Source of the DNA: Guillardia theta CCMP2712
Taxonomy: Eukaryota > Protista > Cryptophyta
NCBI RefSeq assembly: GCF_000315625.1
Contig: NW_005434631.1
Span: forward strand, 314,169-378,168
Direction: 5' to 3'
DNA: 64,000 nucleotides
Position 1 is the stretch's first letter; each line of letters begins with the position of its first letter. Position numbers and translations under genes: made by a program. Shown piece after piece: positions 21,601 to 33,199 of this stretch. The notes under the pieces were generated by a model that searched no databases, was not told where the DNA came from, and saw only the letters and a program-made list of their open reading frames with translations.

Positions 21601-24600
21601 TCCGCCAGGGCCAGCTCGACCTCTACGAGGACGACAGCATGCAGAAGCTGGTCATGACGGTACCGCTGTCGCAGTGCCGGATCGAGAAGACGCGGGTGAT
21701 GGACGGGCGGCGAAGCACGTGTCCTAGATGCATGCTCACCTCGATGCACGCTGTCTTCACACAGGAAGGAAATATGGCTGATGGAGCTTGGGGCACAGGA
21801 GCGGCTTCTGGCGGCGGGGTCAGAGGAGGAGCGGGAGGGGTGGGGGGCGGCGTTGATGTCTTGCAGGCAGGGGGCTCTAGAAGTCGGGGGCGACCGGAGG
21901 CCTCGGGACAGAGGGCGGCGGGGAGGAACGAGACCGGGGAAGGGCTAGGCGGCCGTCCGGCGAAGTGGGGGGTAGCGATCGGGAAGGGGGTAGAGTCAGT
22001 GCTCTCAGCAGATCCTCAGGACACGATCAAGAAGGTCAAGGAGGAGGCGGGGAAGCACGTGGGAGGGGTACTGGGGAAGCTGGACGACTTGATCAGCGAC
22101 GAAGAATCAGAGCAAGCAAGACCTGTAGGGTATGACGGGAGTGCAGGAGATGGTGAAATCAGCATCGCTGCAGGCGCCATGTTGCCTCCTCCTCCTCCTC
22201 CTTTACCTCCGCTCGATGCAGACCAGATGAAGGGGGTAGGCAGTGCATCTACGCCGATCCCTGTTGCCAAGCTCCCGAACTACGGTCCGACGTACCTGTC
22301 CCCAACAACAAGCGCGACAGAGAAGGCTCAGAGCACCACGACGGAAGAGCAGGCATTGAAGAAAGTGCCGTTTCGCAGTGTGCATGTCTTACCACGGGAG
22401 AGTGTGGTAGAGGAGCAGATCGTGAAGTATCCACGGATGCCCATGTATGGAGCCGAGTATCTTTCGCCGTCGAATCCGCAGTCGTCGACGATGCCATCGC
22501 AGCCGATGACGCCGACGCTCTCGGCGTATGTACCCCCTATGATTTCTTCTTTACGACCAGTCGTGGAACCTGTGATGCACGAAGAAAAACTGTCTCAGAC
22601 CTCCCTTGACATCAAGAGTGCTACAGAGTCCTTCACGCTTGACTGGGACAAGTGCATGACCGATGCGATTGGATCGTGGGGAGTTTTTGCCGGACACGAA
22701 GAGACCATTATTGATCAGGAATTTCAGTACTCAACGAGACAAGAGTACGCAACAAATGAAGCTCAAGCACCAAAGGAAAACAAGCCGCTTCCTCCACCAG
22801 TGCGCCAGGGCTGGCTCTACAGCCGTGAGCCCGCTCTCCTCGCCCTCTGGCACAAGCGTTGGTGCGTCGTCCGCCAAGGCCAGCTCGACCTCTACGAGGA
22901 CGACAGCATGCAGAAGCTGGTCATGACGGTACCGCTGTCGCAGTGCCGGATCGAGAAGACGCGGGTGATGGACGGGCGGCTACAGCAGGGGTGCGACTTC
23001 GAGTACGGGATCCGGGTGGTACTAGGGAAGGGGATCCTGATGGAGCTTGGGGCACAGGAGCGGCTTCTGGCGGCGGGGTCAGAGGAGGAGCGGGAGGGGT
23101 GGGGGGCGGCGTTGATGTCTTGCAGGCAGGGGGCTCTAGAAGTCGGGGGGCGACCGGAGGCCTCGGGACAGAGGGCGGCGGGGAGGAACGAGACCGGGGA
23201 AGGGCTAGGGGGGCGTCTGGCGAAGTGGGGGGTAGCGATCGGGAAGGGGGTAGAGTCAGTGCTCTCAGCAGATCCTCAGGACACGATCAAGAAGGTCAAG
23301 GAGGAGGCGGGGAAGCACGTGGGAGGGGTACTGGGGAAGCTGGACGACTTGATCAGCGACGAAGAATCAGAGCAAGCAAGACCTGTAGGGTATGACGGGA
23401 GTGCAGGAGATGGTGAAATCAGCATCGCTGCAGGCGCCATGTTGCCTCCTCCTCCTCCTCCTCCTCCTTTTCCTCCGCTCGATGCAGACCAGATGAAGGG
23501 AGTAGGCAGTGCATCTACGCCGATCCCTGTTGCCAAGCTCCCGAACTACGGTCCGACGTACCTGTCCCCAACAACAAGCGCGACAGAGAAGGCTCAGAGC
23601 ACCACGACGGAAGAGCAGGCATTGAAGAAAGTGCCGTTTCGCAGTGTGCATGTCTTACCACGGGAGAGTGTGGTAGAGGAGCAGATCGTGAAGTATCCAC
23701 GGATGCCCATGTATGGAGCCGAGTATCTTTCGCCGTCGAATCCGCAGTCGTCGACGATGCCATCGCAGCCGATGACGCCGACGCTCTCGGCGTATGTACC
23801 CCCTATGGTGGAATCTCTAACACAGCAACAGACTAAGGTCAAGGAACCTTACACGTTTCCTCTGACGTTGAACAGAACGCTGGTGTACACCAATCAGATC
23901 CTTGAATACGGAAAGGCCCTGTGGAAATATGAAATCGAAATGAATGCTGGAAAAACTCAAGACAATATGATTCCAGCTCCTTCCCCCCCTCCACCAGTAC
24001 GCCAGGGCTGGCTCTACAGCCGTGAGCCCGCTCTCCTCGCCCTCTGGCACAAGCGTTGGTGCGTCGTCCGCCAGGGCCAGCTCGACCTCTACGAGGACGA
24101 CAGCATGCAGAAGCTGGTCATGACGGTACCGCTGTCGCAGTGCCGGATCGAGAAGACGCGGGTGATGGACGGGCGGCTACAGCAGGGGTGCGACTTCGAG
24201 TACGGGATCCGGGTGGTACTAGGGAAGGGGATCCTGATGGAGCTTGGGGCACAGGAGCGGCTTCTGGCGGCGGGGTCAGAGGAGGAGCGGGAGGGGTGGG
24301 GGGCGGCGTTGATGTCTTGCAGCAGGGGGCTCTAGAAGTCGGGGGGCGACCGGAGGCCTCGGGACAGAGGGCGGCGGGGAGGAACGAGACCGGGGAAGGG
24401 CTAAGGGGGCGTCTGGCGAAGTGGGGGGTAGCGATCGGGAAGGGGGTAGAGTCAGTGCTCTCAGCAGATCCTCAGGACACGATCAAGAAGGTCAAGGAGG
24501 AGGCGGGGAAGCACGTGGGAGGGGTACTGGGGAAGCTGGACGACTTGATCAGCGACGAAGATGAAGTTGCTGCTTATGACTCTGCTACGCTCGGATCTGC

Positions 24601-27011
24601 AGGAGAAATGATTCTTGGAGTGGGTGATTTGATGTTGCCTCCTGCAAGTGTGTCAGGTGGATCTTTTGTTTTCAAACCATCAGTGTTGGATGCTGTCAGG
24701 GAAACGGGAACGCCGGCTCAGACATCATTGACGTTAACAACTCCAGATACCCGACACGATGAAGGATATCTGCAACCAAAGAAGTCGCACGTGCCTGAAT
24801 GGAAGGAGCCTCAACCTGCCACGAGTACAGCAGATCCGAACATGCAATTGCACCTGACAATCGCGAGCAATGCACAGACCAATCCACCAGTACGCCAGGG
24901 CTGGCTCTACAGCCGTGAGCCCGCTCTCCTCGCCCTCTGGCATAAGCGTTGGTGCGTCGTCCGCCAGGGCCAGCTCGACCTCTACGAGGACGACAGCATG
25001 CAGAAGCTGGTCATGACGGTACCGCTGTCGCAGTGCCGGATCGAGAAGACGCGGGTGATGGACGGGCGGCTACAGCAGGGGTGCGACTTCGAGTACGGGA
25101 TCCGGGTGGTACTAGGGAAGGGGATCCTGATGGAGCTTGGGGCACAGGAGCGGCTTCTGGCGGCGGGGTCAGAGGAGGAGCGGGAGGGGTGGGGGGCGGC
25201 GTTGATGTCTTGCAGGCAGGGGGCTCTAGAAGTCGGGGGGCGGCCGGAGGCCTCGGGACAGGGGACGGCGGGGAGGAACGAGACCGGGGAAGGGCTAGGG
25301 GGGCGTCTGGCGAAGTGGGGGGTAGCGATCGGGAAGGGGGTAGAGTCAGTGCTCTCAGCGGATGTTGCACAAGGAGAAGCTAGTGAAGACTTAGGATCGA
25401 GAGATAAGTTGGGTGATATTGCCCCGACAGGATCGAAGCTTCAGACGTTCTTCAGTCCCCATGATGTTGTGTTGGAAGTCGGGGAGATGGAGCTCGGGTG
25501 GACGTCACCAGCTACAGCTCTCGCGAGACCCCCGACTTCTTCAGTGCCATCGCAACCTACAGACAAAGTTTCAGATCCAGCCCCTAAGGAAATCAAACAA
25601 GCCATTACCCCTGGTTTTCATGATGCTGCTCCTGTTTTGCCAAACCAGGTCACAATCACCGCTCCCCCTTCACCTCCACCAGTGCGCCAGGGCTGGCTCT
25701 ACAGCCGTGAGCCCGCTCTCCTCGCCCTCTGGCATAAGCGTTGGTGCGTCGTCCGCCAAGGCCAGCTCGACCTCTACGAGGACGACAGCATGCAGAAGCT
25801 GGTCATGACGGTACCGCTGTCGCAGTGCCGGATCGAGAAGACGCGGGTGATGGACGGGCGGCTACAGCAGGGGTGCGACTTCGAGTACGGGATCCGGGTG
25901 GTACTAGGGAAGGGGATCCTGATGGAGCTTGGGGCACAGGAGCGGCTTCTGGCGGCGGGGTCAGAGGAGGAGCGGGAGGGGTGGGGGGCGGCGTTGATGT
26001 CTTGCAGGCAGGGGGTGCTGTTTGGTTCATCCTCTCATGCTGGAGGTCGAAACACTGACTCCTCAAATCAGCTGCAGAATGCCCGTGCAGAACAGGGAGG
26101 AGAGCCAGTGTTGGATATTGGTAGGAGAATCGCTGCTGTTGGTGTCGGGTTGGGGAAGAGCGTTGAGAAGCTGATATCTTCTGATTACACCCCGATCGTC
26201 TCAGGAATTTGATCCACCTGTTTCCTTGCTGTTCCTTTGACGGTTCACCACAGGCATGAGGGAAGTGACAGCAAGAGCCTCGTCCGAGATCCGTCAAGCC
26301 TTTGCGGAGGGTGTGTCTGCGGAGCTCCAAAGCACGGCAGGAGGCCTCCAGGCTCCCATCGAGTCATTCGAAGCATCTTATAAGGCTTCAGCTCACAGCA
26401 GCAACTCGCTGCTGCCTCCGCCTCCGCCTCCTCAGCCTCAAGATCCTCCAGCAACAGCTTCGCAGCAGCCAGTTGCTCCTCCTCCTCCTCCTCCTCCAGT
26501 GCAGTCTCAGGTGCAGTCACAGCCTACTTGCACAGAGGCAGCACAGGTTGCTGTGCCACTGTATCAGCCTCCTCCTCCACCACCACCCGTCGGTCAACTT
26601 CCTTCAGTGGACCTGCCGCCTCCGCCTCCGCCTGCCTTGGTTGTCCCAGGTCAATGTCCTCGTCTTCTGAAATCAGATTTTTACACGTCATCAGGCCTGC
26701 AAAGTGCGAATGTGTCGCCCGTGTTGTCTCCGCCTCCAGCTCCTCCAGGTGCGTCGTGATGTTCCTGTAGTTCAAGGCAGCAGGATTGAACGCTCCGACC
26801 TGTTTCAGGGCAGAGTCAAGGACGAGAGGCATCGGAAGGGAACACACCCAAGGTATGTGTCTACTCCCATCCTCAAGGGTGTCGAGGTGTAACTGTGTTC
26901 CGATAGGATGACCCGCCACCTCCCTACATCCCAGACAAGATCAGCTTCCCTCCTCCTCCTCCTCCTCCTCCTCTGCAGTCAATCCCACCACCCTCTTCTC
27001 ATTCCTTGTAA
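18613..27011 (+). CDS. Large multi-exon protein: signal peptide/RGG leader, SH3-like domain, UVR-like coiled coil, seven PH-domain modules and Pro-rich tail; apparent 1-nt frameshift near 24321
   Basis: ORFs 18613-20202, 20250-21413, 21465-24335, 24056-26212 and 26256-26759 join through frame-preserving GT-AG introns (~20188-20234, 21387-21437, ~26198-26252, two more near 26750-26906) plus the frameshift. Stop TAA at 27009-27011. PH motif QGWLYSR...WHKRWCVVRQGQLDLYED...LLAAGSEEEREGWGAAL. Confidence 0.75.
19651..26007 (+). repeat. Seven near-identical ~320-bp PH-encoding direct repeats at ~19651, 20793, 21537, 22806, 24003, 24896, 25687; includes a ~1.0-kb duplicated block (~21525-22541 vs ~22794-23807)
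   Basis: Direct sequence comparison. Copies differ at only a few positions, except copy 3. Confidence 0.95.
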
Positions 27012-27552
27012 ACTTCAAAGATTTAGTGAGGTTCAGCTGAAGTTCAGTTCAACTTTCACTTGCCATGTTGGTTCACCTTGCCCCGCGGCTTGTTCCAAGG
27101 ACAGTCACACTATCACAGAGTAGACTCATCCACTCTGTACGGTCATCATGCGGCACAGCCCGGCCCTCCCGGCGCCGCCGGACTCGGGACGGGTTCAACG
27201 GGGCTGGTTCCCGAGTCCGAAGTTCGCTGAGTGACGGCCGGGCCGGCGGCACTCAGCCGCCCGGGGCCGGAACTTTTCCGGAAAAAGATGGTCTACCATC
27301 TTCACCGGTCACGACCAACAAATTTTCTGGGGATGTCCTTGGGGAACGAGATGGGGAGATGTAGAGGGGAGCGAGGAGAGCAGCGAGGCAGAAGAAGTTG
27401 ATGAAGTTGATGATGAGAACAGCTGTCATGATGATGAGCTGATGAGATCAACTCGATCTGCGAGCAGAGTGAGCTCGTGCGAGCTAGCGGTTCTTGGGTG
27501 AAGGACGAGTTGTTCAGTTGGCATGGTGTGGCTGTAAGCTCAAACCTGCGCT

Positions 27553-30328
27553 ATGATGTCGGACATGCTGCGTAGGATACGGATGCTCTTGAAGGAGCAT
27601 TGGAACACGTTCTCGTACTCGCTGTCGGGGCTGATCCTACTCGTCCTAAGTCAGTCTCACCTCGACGGCGAGCATCCCAAGGTATCCACAGCAGCAGGCA
27701 TTGCTCTCGGCATGGCAACGATGTGGGTGACGACTCCCATCCCCGTGGGCGTCACAGCGATGCTTCCTCTGGTGCTGTACCCGATCCTTGGCATCCTGGA
27801 CGGCAAGAGCGTCGCCAAGTGCTACTTCAGCGACACCCACTTCGTCTTTGTTGGCTCATTTTTCCTCGCCATCGCCGTCGAGCGAGTGAACCTTCATCGA
27901 AGAATCGCTTTGAATCTCCTCCTCCTCCTCGGGGTGAAGCCCAGAAACCTCCTGTTTGGCTTCAGCTTCGCCACCTTCCTCCTCTCCACTTGTCTCTCTA
28001 ACACGGCCACCGCGATAATGGTGATCCCCCTTGCAATGGCGGTTGTCGACCAGCTGGAGAGGCCGAGGGAGGAGCAGTCGTGCGACCAGGAGGTCCGTGG
28101 GGCCTCCAGCGAGCAGAAGGAGCAGCTCAGCCCTCGTGCCCCAAGTTTGATCCCCGGCGAGTCAGGTTCGGAAGAGCTCGTGTACGAGGTGAGGGAGTCG
28201 TTGGGGGATCGGAGTGACTCCTACCTGGTGAGAGCTGGCGTCTGCTGCTGACCGTCTCTGATAACCCCAGCAGGGCCCCAGTTCGCTGCCTGTCAGCAGT
28301 GACGAGTTACCGCACTCGAGCGACCAGCTGCTGGGCAGTGCCGCCAGTGAGAGTGACCACTTCAGGCTGCTGCATGGGCGGGGGGACCAGTCAGCCCACA
28401 GAGACGAGGAGGATGAAATCAAGCAGGTGAGGAGGAGATGCTTGCTTGTCATGCACACCTGGTGCAAGTTGAGCGTCTTCGTCTCCTCTCTCCTGCGTCG
28501 AGGGCCCCCAAAGGTACTTCCTCCCCTGCTGACCCTTGCGAGTCGGCGGGTGACAGTGAAGTTTCAGGGCCCTCTGGCTGTCAGGCTCCGGCGAACTCTG
28601 GCGCTGGGAGTGGCGTACAGCGCCAACATTGGAGGAGTAGCGACTCTGATCGGGACTCCTCCTAACCTGGTCTATGCCGGGCAGTTCCCCATCTTGTTCC
28701 CGCGAGGCCCCCCGGTCTCCTTCTCAAGTATGTTGGACGGGTCCTGACAGCTGCTGCTGACCCTGAGCTCTCAGACTGGTTCTACTTCTCCGCCCCCTAC
28801 AGCCTGCTCATGTTCCTCATCTGCTTCGCCATCCTGAGCTTGAGCCTCAGCAAGGAGCCTCGCCCTGAAGGGGAAAGCGCGCAAGAGAAGGAGGCGATGA
28901 GCCTGGAGACGGAGGTGCTGACTAAGGAGAAGAACTCCCTGGGGAAGATCAGAAGGGAGGAGATCATCGTGATATCACACGGTGTCGTCCTCGTCGTGCT
29001 GTGGTTCACCAGGACTCCTGGGATCCTCAGGTCAACGTCGTGGCCCTCGCCATGGCTGACTGACTTGTCCGCAGCGTCGGATGGTCCCAGCTCTTTTCCA
29101 ACCCGACCTACATCACGGACGGTATACATACGTCCAGCGGTACCTCCTGCTCACCTCTGGGGTCACTCAGGGACGGCTGCGATGCTCATTTCCCTCTCCC
29201 TGTTCCTCTTCCCCAAGGACGTCGAGAGGAGAAGGCAGTCCGAGGAGGAGGAGGATTCGATTCAAGGTCCCCCACGAGCCTCCATGCTTGCTTCTTGACA
29301 GCTTTTTTTCATGCATCAGATAGCCAAGACCCTCTCTATCCCCCCAACTGCCCCTCCTCTCCCACTTCCACTCCCTTCCCCTCCGCCCCTCCTTCCTCCT
29401 CTCCTCCTCGTCGAATCCTAGATGCTGAGGCGATCAAAGAAATCCCATGGTAAGAGGAGACAGAGGGCATTCGATGCCGGGGGAGGAGGGAAAAGGGGTG
29501 CGAGCGAGGGAGGGAGCGGGGGAAGGGAAGGGGTGGTTGACTTGGAGCGTCAGGAGTGTCGTGATTTTGCTCGGGGGAGGATTCGCCTTGGCGGAGGGGT
29601 CAAAGGTCCTCACGCTCGCCTCCTATGAGATCAGCTGACGGTGTTACAGGCCTCCGGCCTTTCATCCTGGATGGCGAAGTCACTGATGTCGCTGAGTGAG
29701 GTAAACCCTCCTCCTCCCTCCTCTTCAATCTCTTTGCTGCCTGTCATCATCTCCGTTGGCAACATCCTTCACCTTCTCCAGCATCGCCCTCAACAACTCC
29801 AACGCCTTCCCCCGCCCCCCTTCTTGCTCGTCTCACCTCCCCCATGCCTGACCTGCTGCCTGCAGCTGGAGCCTCAAGTCGTCCTGTAAGGCTGCGGCGA
29901 GGAGGAGGCGAGAAAGAGTGAGCTGACGAGCCTGCTGCAGGCTCATGACGATCCTCCTCGCCTCCCTCATGACCGAGTGCAACTCCAACGTGGCTGCCAC
30001 GGCGATGCTCCTGCCCATCGTTGCCGAGCTCTCGGTGGGACTCAAGGTCTCCCCGATGGCCCACATGATGTGCGCCACCTTCGCCTGCTCCTTCGCCTTC
30101 ATGCTCCCCATCTCCACGCCCCCCAACGCCATCGCCTTCGCTACCAATGCTGTCTCAGCCCGGGACATGCTCAAGGTTGGCTTCTTCCTCAACTCCATCG
30201 CCTGCGTCGCCCTCACCGTGTACACCATGTGGTTCTTCAAGCCCGTCTACGGTCACGATCCCTTCCAGCTCCCCTGGTGGGCTGTTGATGTCGAGGATGA
30301 CGATAGACGAGCGGCGATGAGCCTGTGA
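27553..30328 (+). CDS. SLC13/DASS sodium:sulfate or dicarboxylate symporter, multi-exon
   Basis: Motifs WVTTPIPVGVTAMLP, AVERVNLHRRIAL, LSNTATAIMVIP, AYSANIGGVATLIGTPPNLV, LLGGGFALA, TECNSNVAATAMLLPI, SFAFMLPISTPPNAIAF. Confidence 0.92.
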
Positions 30329-30629
30329 GGCTGAAGGCAGATGCCAGCGGCTCTTTGCAGTCACACGGCGAAATAAATTGAACTTGGGAACTTCGGAAGT
30401 GACAGTGACTGTCGATCGACTCTCACTGAGTCCGATCAGTTTTCACTTTTCAACTTCCTGTAGGCGTGTCTCTTAGCTACTTTGTTGGCACAGGTCCTCA
30501 CCCTCAGGATATCATGCCATCATAAGTTATCATCGGAGGGTCACTAACCGTTGAACTGTCGTCCGGCCGGGCCCCGGTCAGCCTGTGGCCGGGACACGGG
30601 CATCAAGGCTCTGAGGCGGGCTTGTGTAA

Positions 30630-31429
30630 ATGAGGGGGATGAGGTTTGTCCTGAGAAAATCGTGGCAGGCGATGGCGACGGCGCGGGGAGCGATGAAGAT
30701 GGGATACTACTTCGACGTGGTGTCGCCCTACTCGGCCTTCTCATGGAAGGTACTCGAGCGGTACCGAGGAAGGTGGCCCTTAGAGACAGCACTGAAGCCT
30801 GTCTTCCTTGGTGGGATCATGAAGGGAGCCTCCAATACGCCCCCGGCCCTGGTATCCAAGGCCAAGGGCGTGTGGATGAAGCAGGACATCCGGAGGTGCG
30901 GAGAAACGTTCGGCTACCCCATCCTTGACATGCCCAAGAACTTCTTCTCCGAGGTTGCACGGGCGACGGTGGACTGTCAGAGGTTGATAGTAGCCGCTCA
31001 GCTTCTGGGGAGGAAGGAGGACGAGGTGCGTGGTTTGATCTCGGTGCTGACAGATGCCATCCATGTCGACAAGGCGCTGAGGACGGAGGAGAACAATCTG
31101 AAAGTCGACGGTGCACTCATTGAAGCATGCGCGAAGAAGGTCTTGCCTGGAGAAGTGGTACAAGATGTCATCGCAGCGTCCAAGTCGCAGGAAGCGAAAG
31201 ACCAGCTGAAGGCGAACACCGAAGAAGCAGGTGAGGAGAGCTCTGTTGAGATGCCGCTGACGTCTGCTCCTCTCCTCGTCGTGTAGTCTCCAAGGGAGTC
31301 TTCGGGAGCCCTTCTTTCGTCTTCTACAACCCCGACCCAAAGAAGGAAATCTTGATCTTCGGAAGTGACCGCTTCGACCAGATCGCGCACGTCATTGGCG
31401 CCGAGTGGAAAGGACCCAATCCTGCATGA
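30630..31429 (+). CDS. GSTK1: Glutathione S-transferase kappa (DSBA-like fold); one intron ~31231-31286
   Basis: YYFDVVSPYS, PVFLGGIMKGASNTPP, AKDQLKANTEEA + VSKGVFGSPSF...IFGSDRFDQIA...WKGPNPA*. Confidence 0.88.
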
Positions 31430-31499
31430 TGCGGATGTTGAGATGCGGACGTTGTGCGAAAGATGGACACTCGTGTGCACCAACTACTCTCTTGAAGGT

Positions 31500-32663
31500 C
31501 TGATTAGCAGACTTCCTTGTGTATTTGTCATACCATGACGAATTCATGTTCGTCCAAAGACTGAAACATGCTTGAACGGCAATACGTGTATGTGTGACTT
31601 TGTCCACCGGCATCATAGGGATAGAACAGTCCCCGGTTTCATCTGCCACTGTGAACAGCATCAAAACTACACCCTTCAGTCGCAACAGTTCACCTTTGGA
31701 TCGAGAGACCAGATGAACTCTTGCAGCCGCTGGCAATATTCCTGCAGCTCTCTCAGTCGCTGTGGTAGTTGATATGGGCGGACAGGAGGATTGGTAGCAG
31801 AAGGGTGGGAGGCGTGTTGACTCACCGTGAAATATGAGATTTCAATGTCATTGTGTGCTGCCCCTTTGACCCAGAACGGCCTGCTCCATCCAGGTGAGCA
31901 ATGCAGGCAACCTCTCTCCACCGTCACGCTCTCATTCTTGCCTGTGCGGCCTCCTGCTCATCTTGAAAAGCTCCTTGGCATGTTGAAAATCAACCACGTC
32001 GTCCCTAGTGCCATGGATCATGAAGACTGGGGAAACCGATTCAGCGGATGAAGACAGGGGCAAACGGCAAGATCTCTACCTGGGCACTTGATCTTGGGCA
32101 TCTTTTGAAGGTTGCAGAACGCATCGAAAGCTGGATACGGATCAGACTTTCGGTTCGGAGCAGGGAAAAGCAGCACCAGTATACTTGACGTCGTACGCCA
32201 CCCTGATGCAGGAAGTGAAGGCACTTTGCAGTATCAGGCCGCCTACTTCCACACGAGATGCGAGCTCGCAAGATGGGCCCGACCCAATGGAGCGGCCGTA
32301 CAGAACAACCTGAGACGGTAGCAGGTTCTTCTCTGTCATGAGGTACGCGAATACTGCAGCTATGTCGGCGTAGCAGTCAAGTTCACTCGGCGTTCCCGAT
32401 GCATGCCCGTATCCCGTGTAGTCATACCCCACGACGTTGACGTGGAGGACCTCGCTCAACGTCTTGAGGTGATGGAAGATCAAACCAAGGTCTTCAGCGT
32501 TCGCGTGCGAGAAGATGATGGTTAGTTTCGAGCCTGGCCATGGCACGTATACAAGAGGGATTCGCTGTCCTCTTTGTGTCTTGATCCACGTGATCTCTTT
32601 CCATTCTGCATCGTAGGAAGGAGGTGGAGGGAGGAACGCCAACCTGGCGACTATCCCTCCCAT
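31500..32663 (-). CDS. ABHD17: ABHD17-like alpha/beta hydrolase (protein depalmitoylase family), multi-exon; 3' end approximate
   Basis: LAFLPPPPSY, FSHANAEDLG, YDYTGYG, nucleophile elbow YGRSIGSGP, then HGTRDDVV (Asp) and GAAHNDIE (His). Confidence 0.85.
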
Positions 32664-33199
32664 CGGGTGGAAAATTCCCTCTCGACCACGTCAGGGTTTA
32701 ACTCAGACCAGCGGGTATGATCGCATCAGGTAGTCGGTTCGTCGAGGACTGTCTTTACTATCTCCTCCTCCTCCCGCCATAGAGCTCCCCCGCAGCTTCC
32801 CCAGGTCCCTCGCCATTGCTCCGTGCCCTTCAACCTTCCCGCCATGGACCGAAATACCCCAAAAATCGGACCGAAATCAAAGGCTTTAGAAATCATGCCC
32901 CCCTCCCCTCATCCCCACTCATAAAATGTTTTAGTTAATTACTTGAGTAATATTGCCGAAAATTTGTGGCCACCATTGCCCGAGTTGAACGTGATGGAGA
33001 AAACGAAAATGGAACGAAGAGGAAGGGAGGGAGAGGGAGAGAGGAGAGAGAGGAGAGAGAGGAGAGAGGGAGAGGGAGAGGGAGAGGGAGATGGGGGGAG
33101 AAGGGATGGATTGATGGAAGGATTCGAGGAAGGTGATGCAGGGAAGAGAAGGCTACATGGTTGGAGAAGCCTGGGAACTGATTCCTTATTTTCACAGAA

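Noticed and set aside
19651-26007. Repeat-spacer pattern suggesting CRISPR or a DGR
   Set aside because: Units are ~320-bp in-frame coding domains in a eukaryotic gene. There are no cas genes, no DGR-type RT and no adenine-specific variation.
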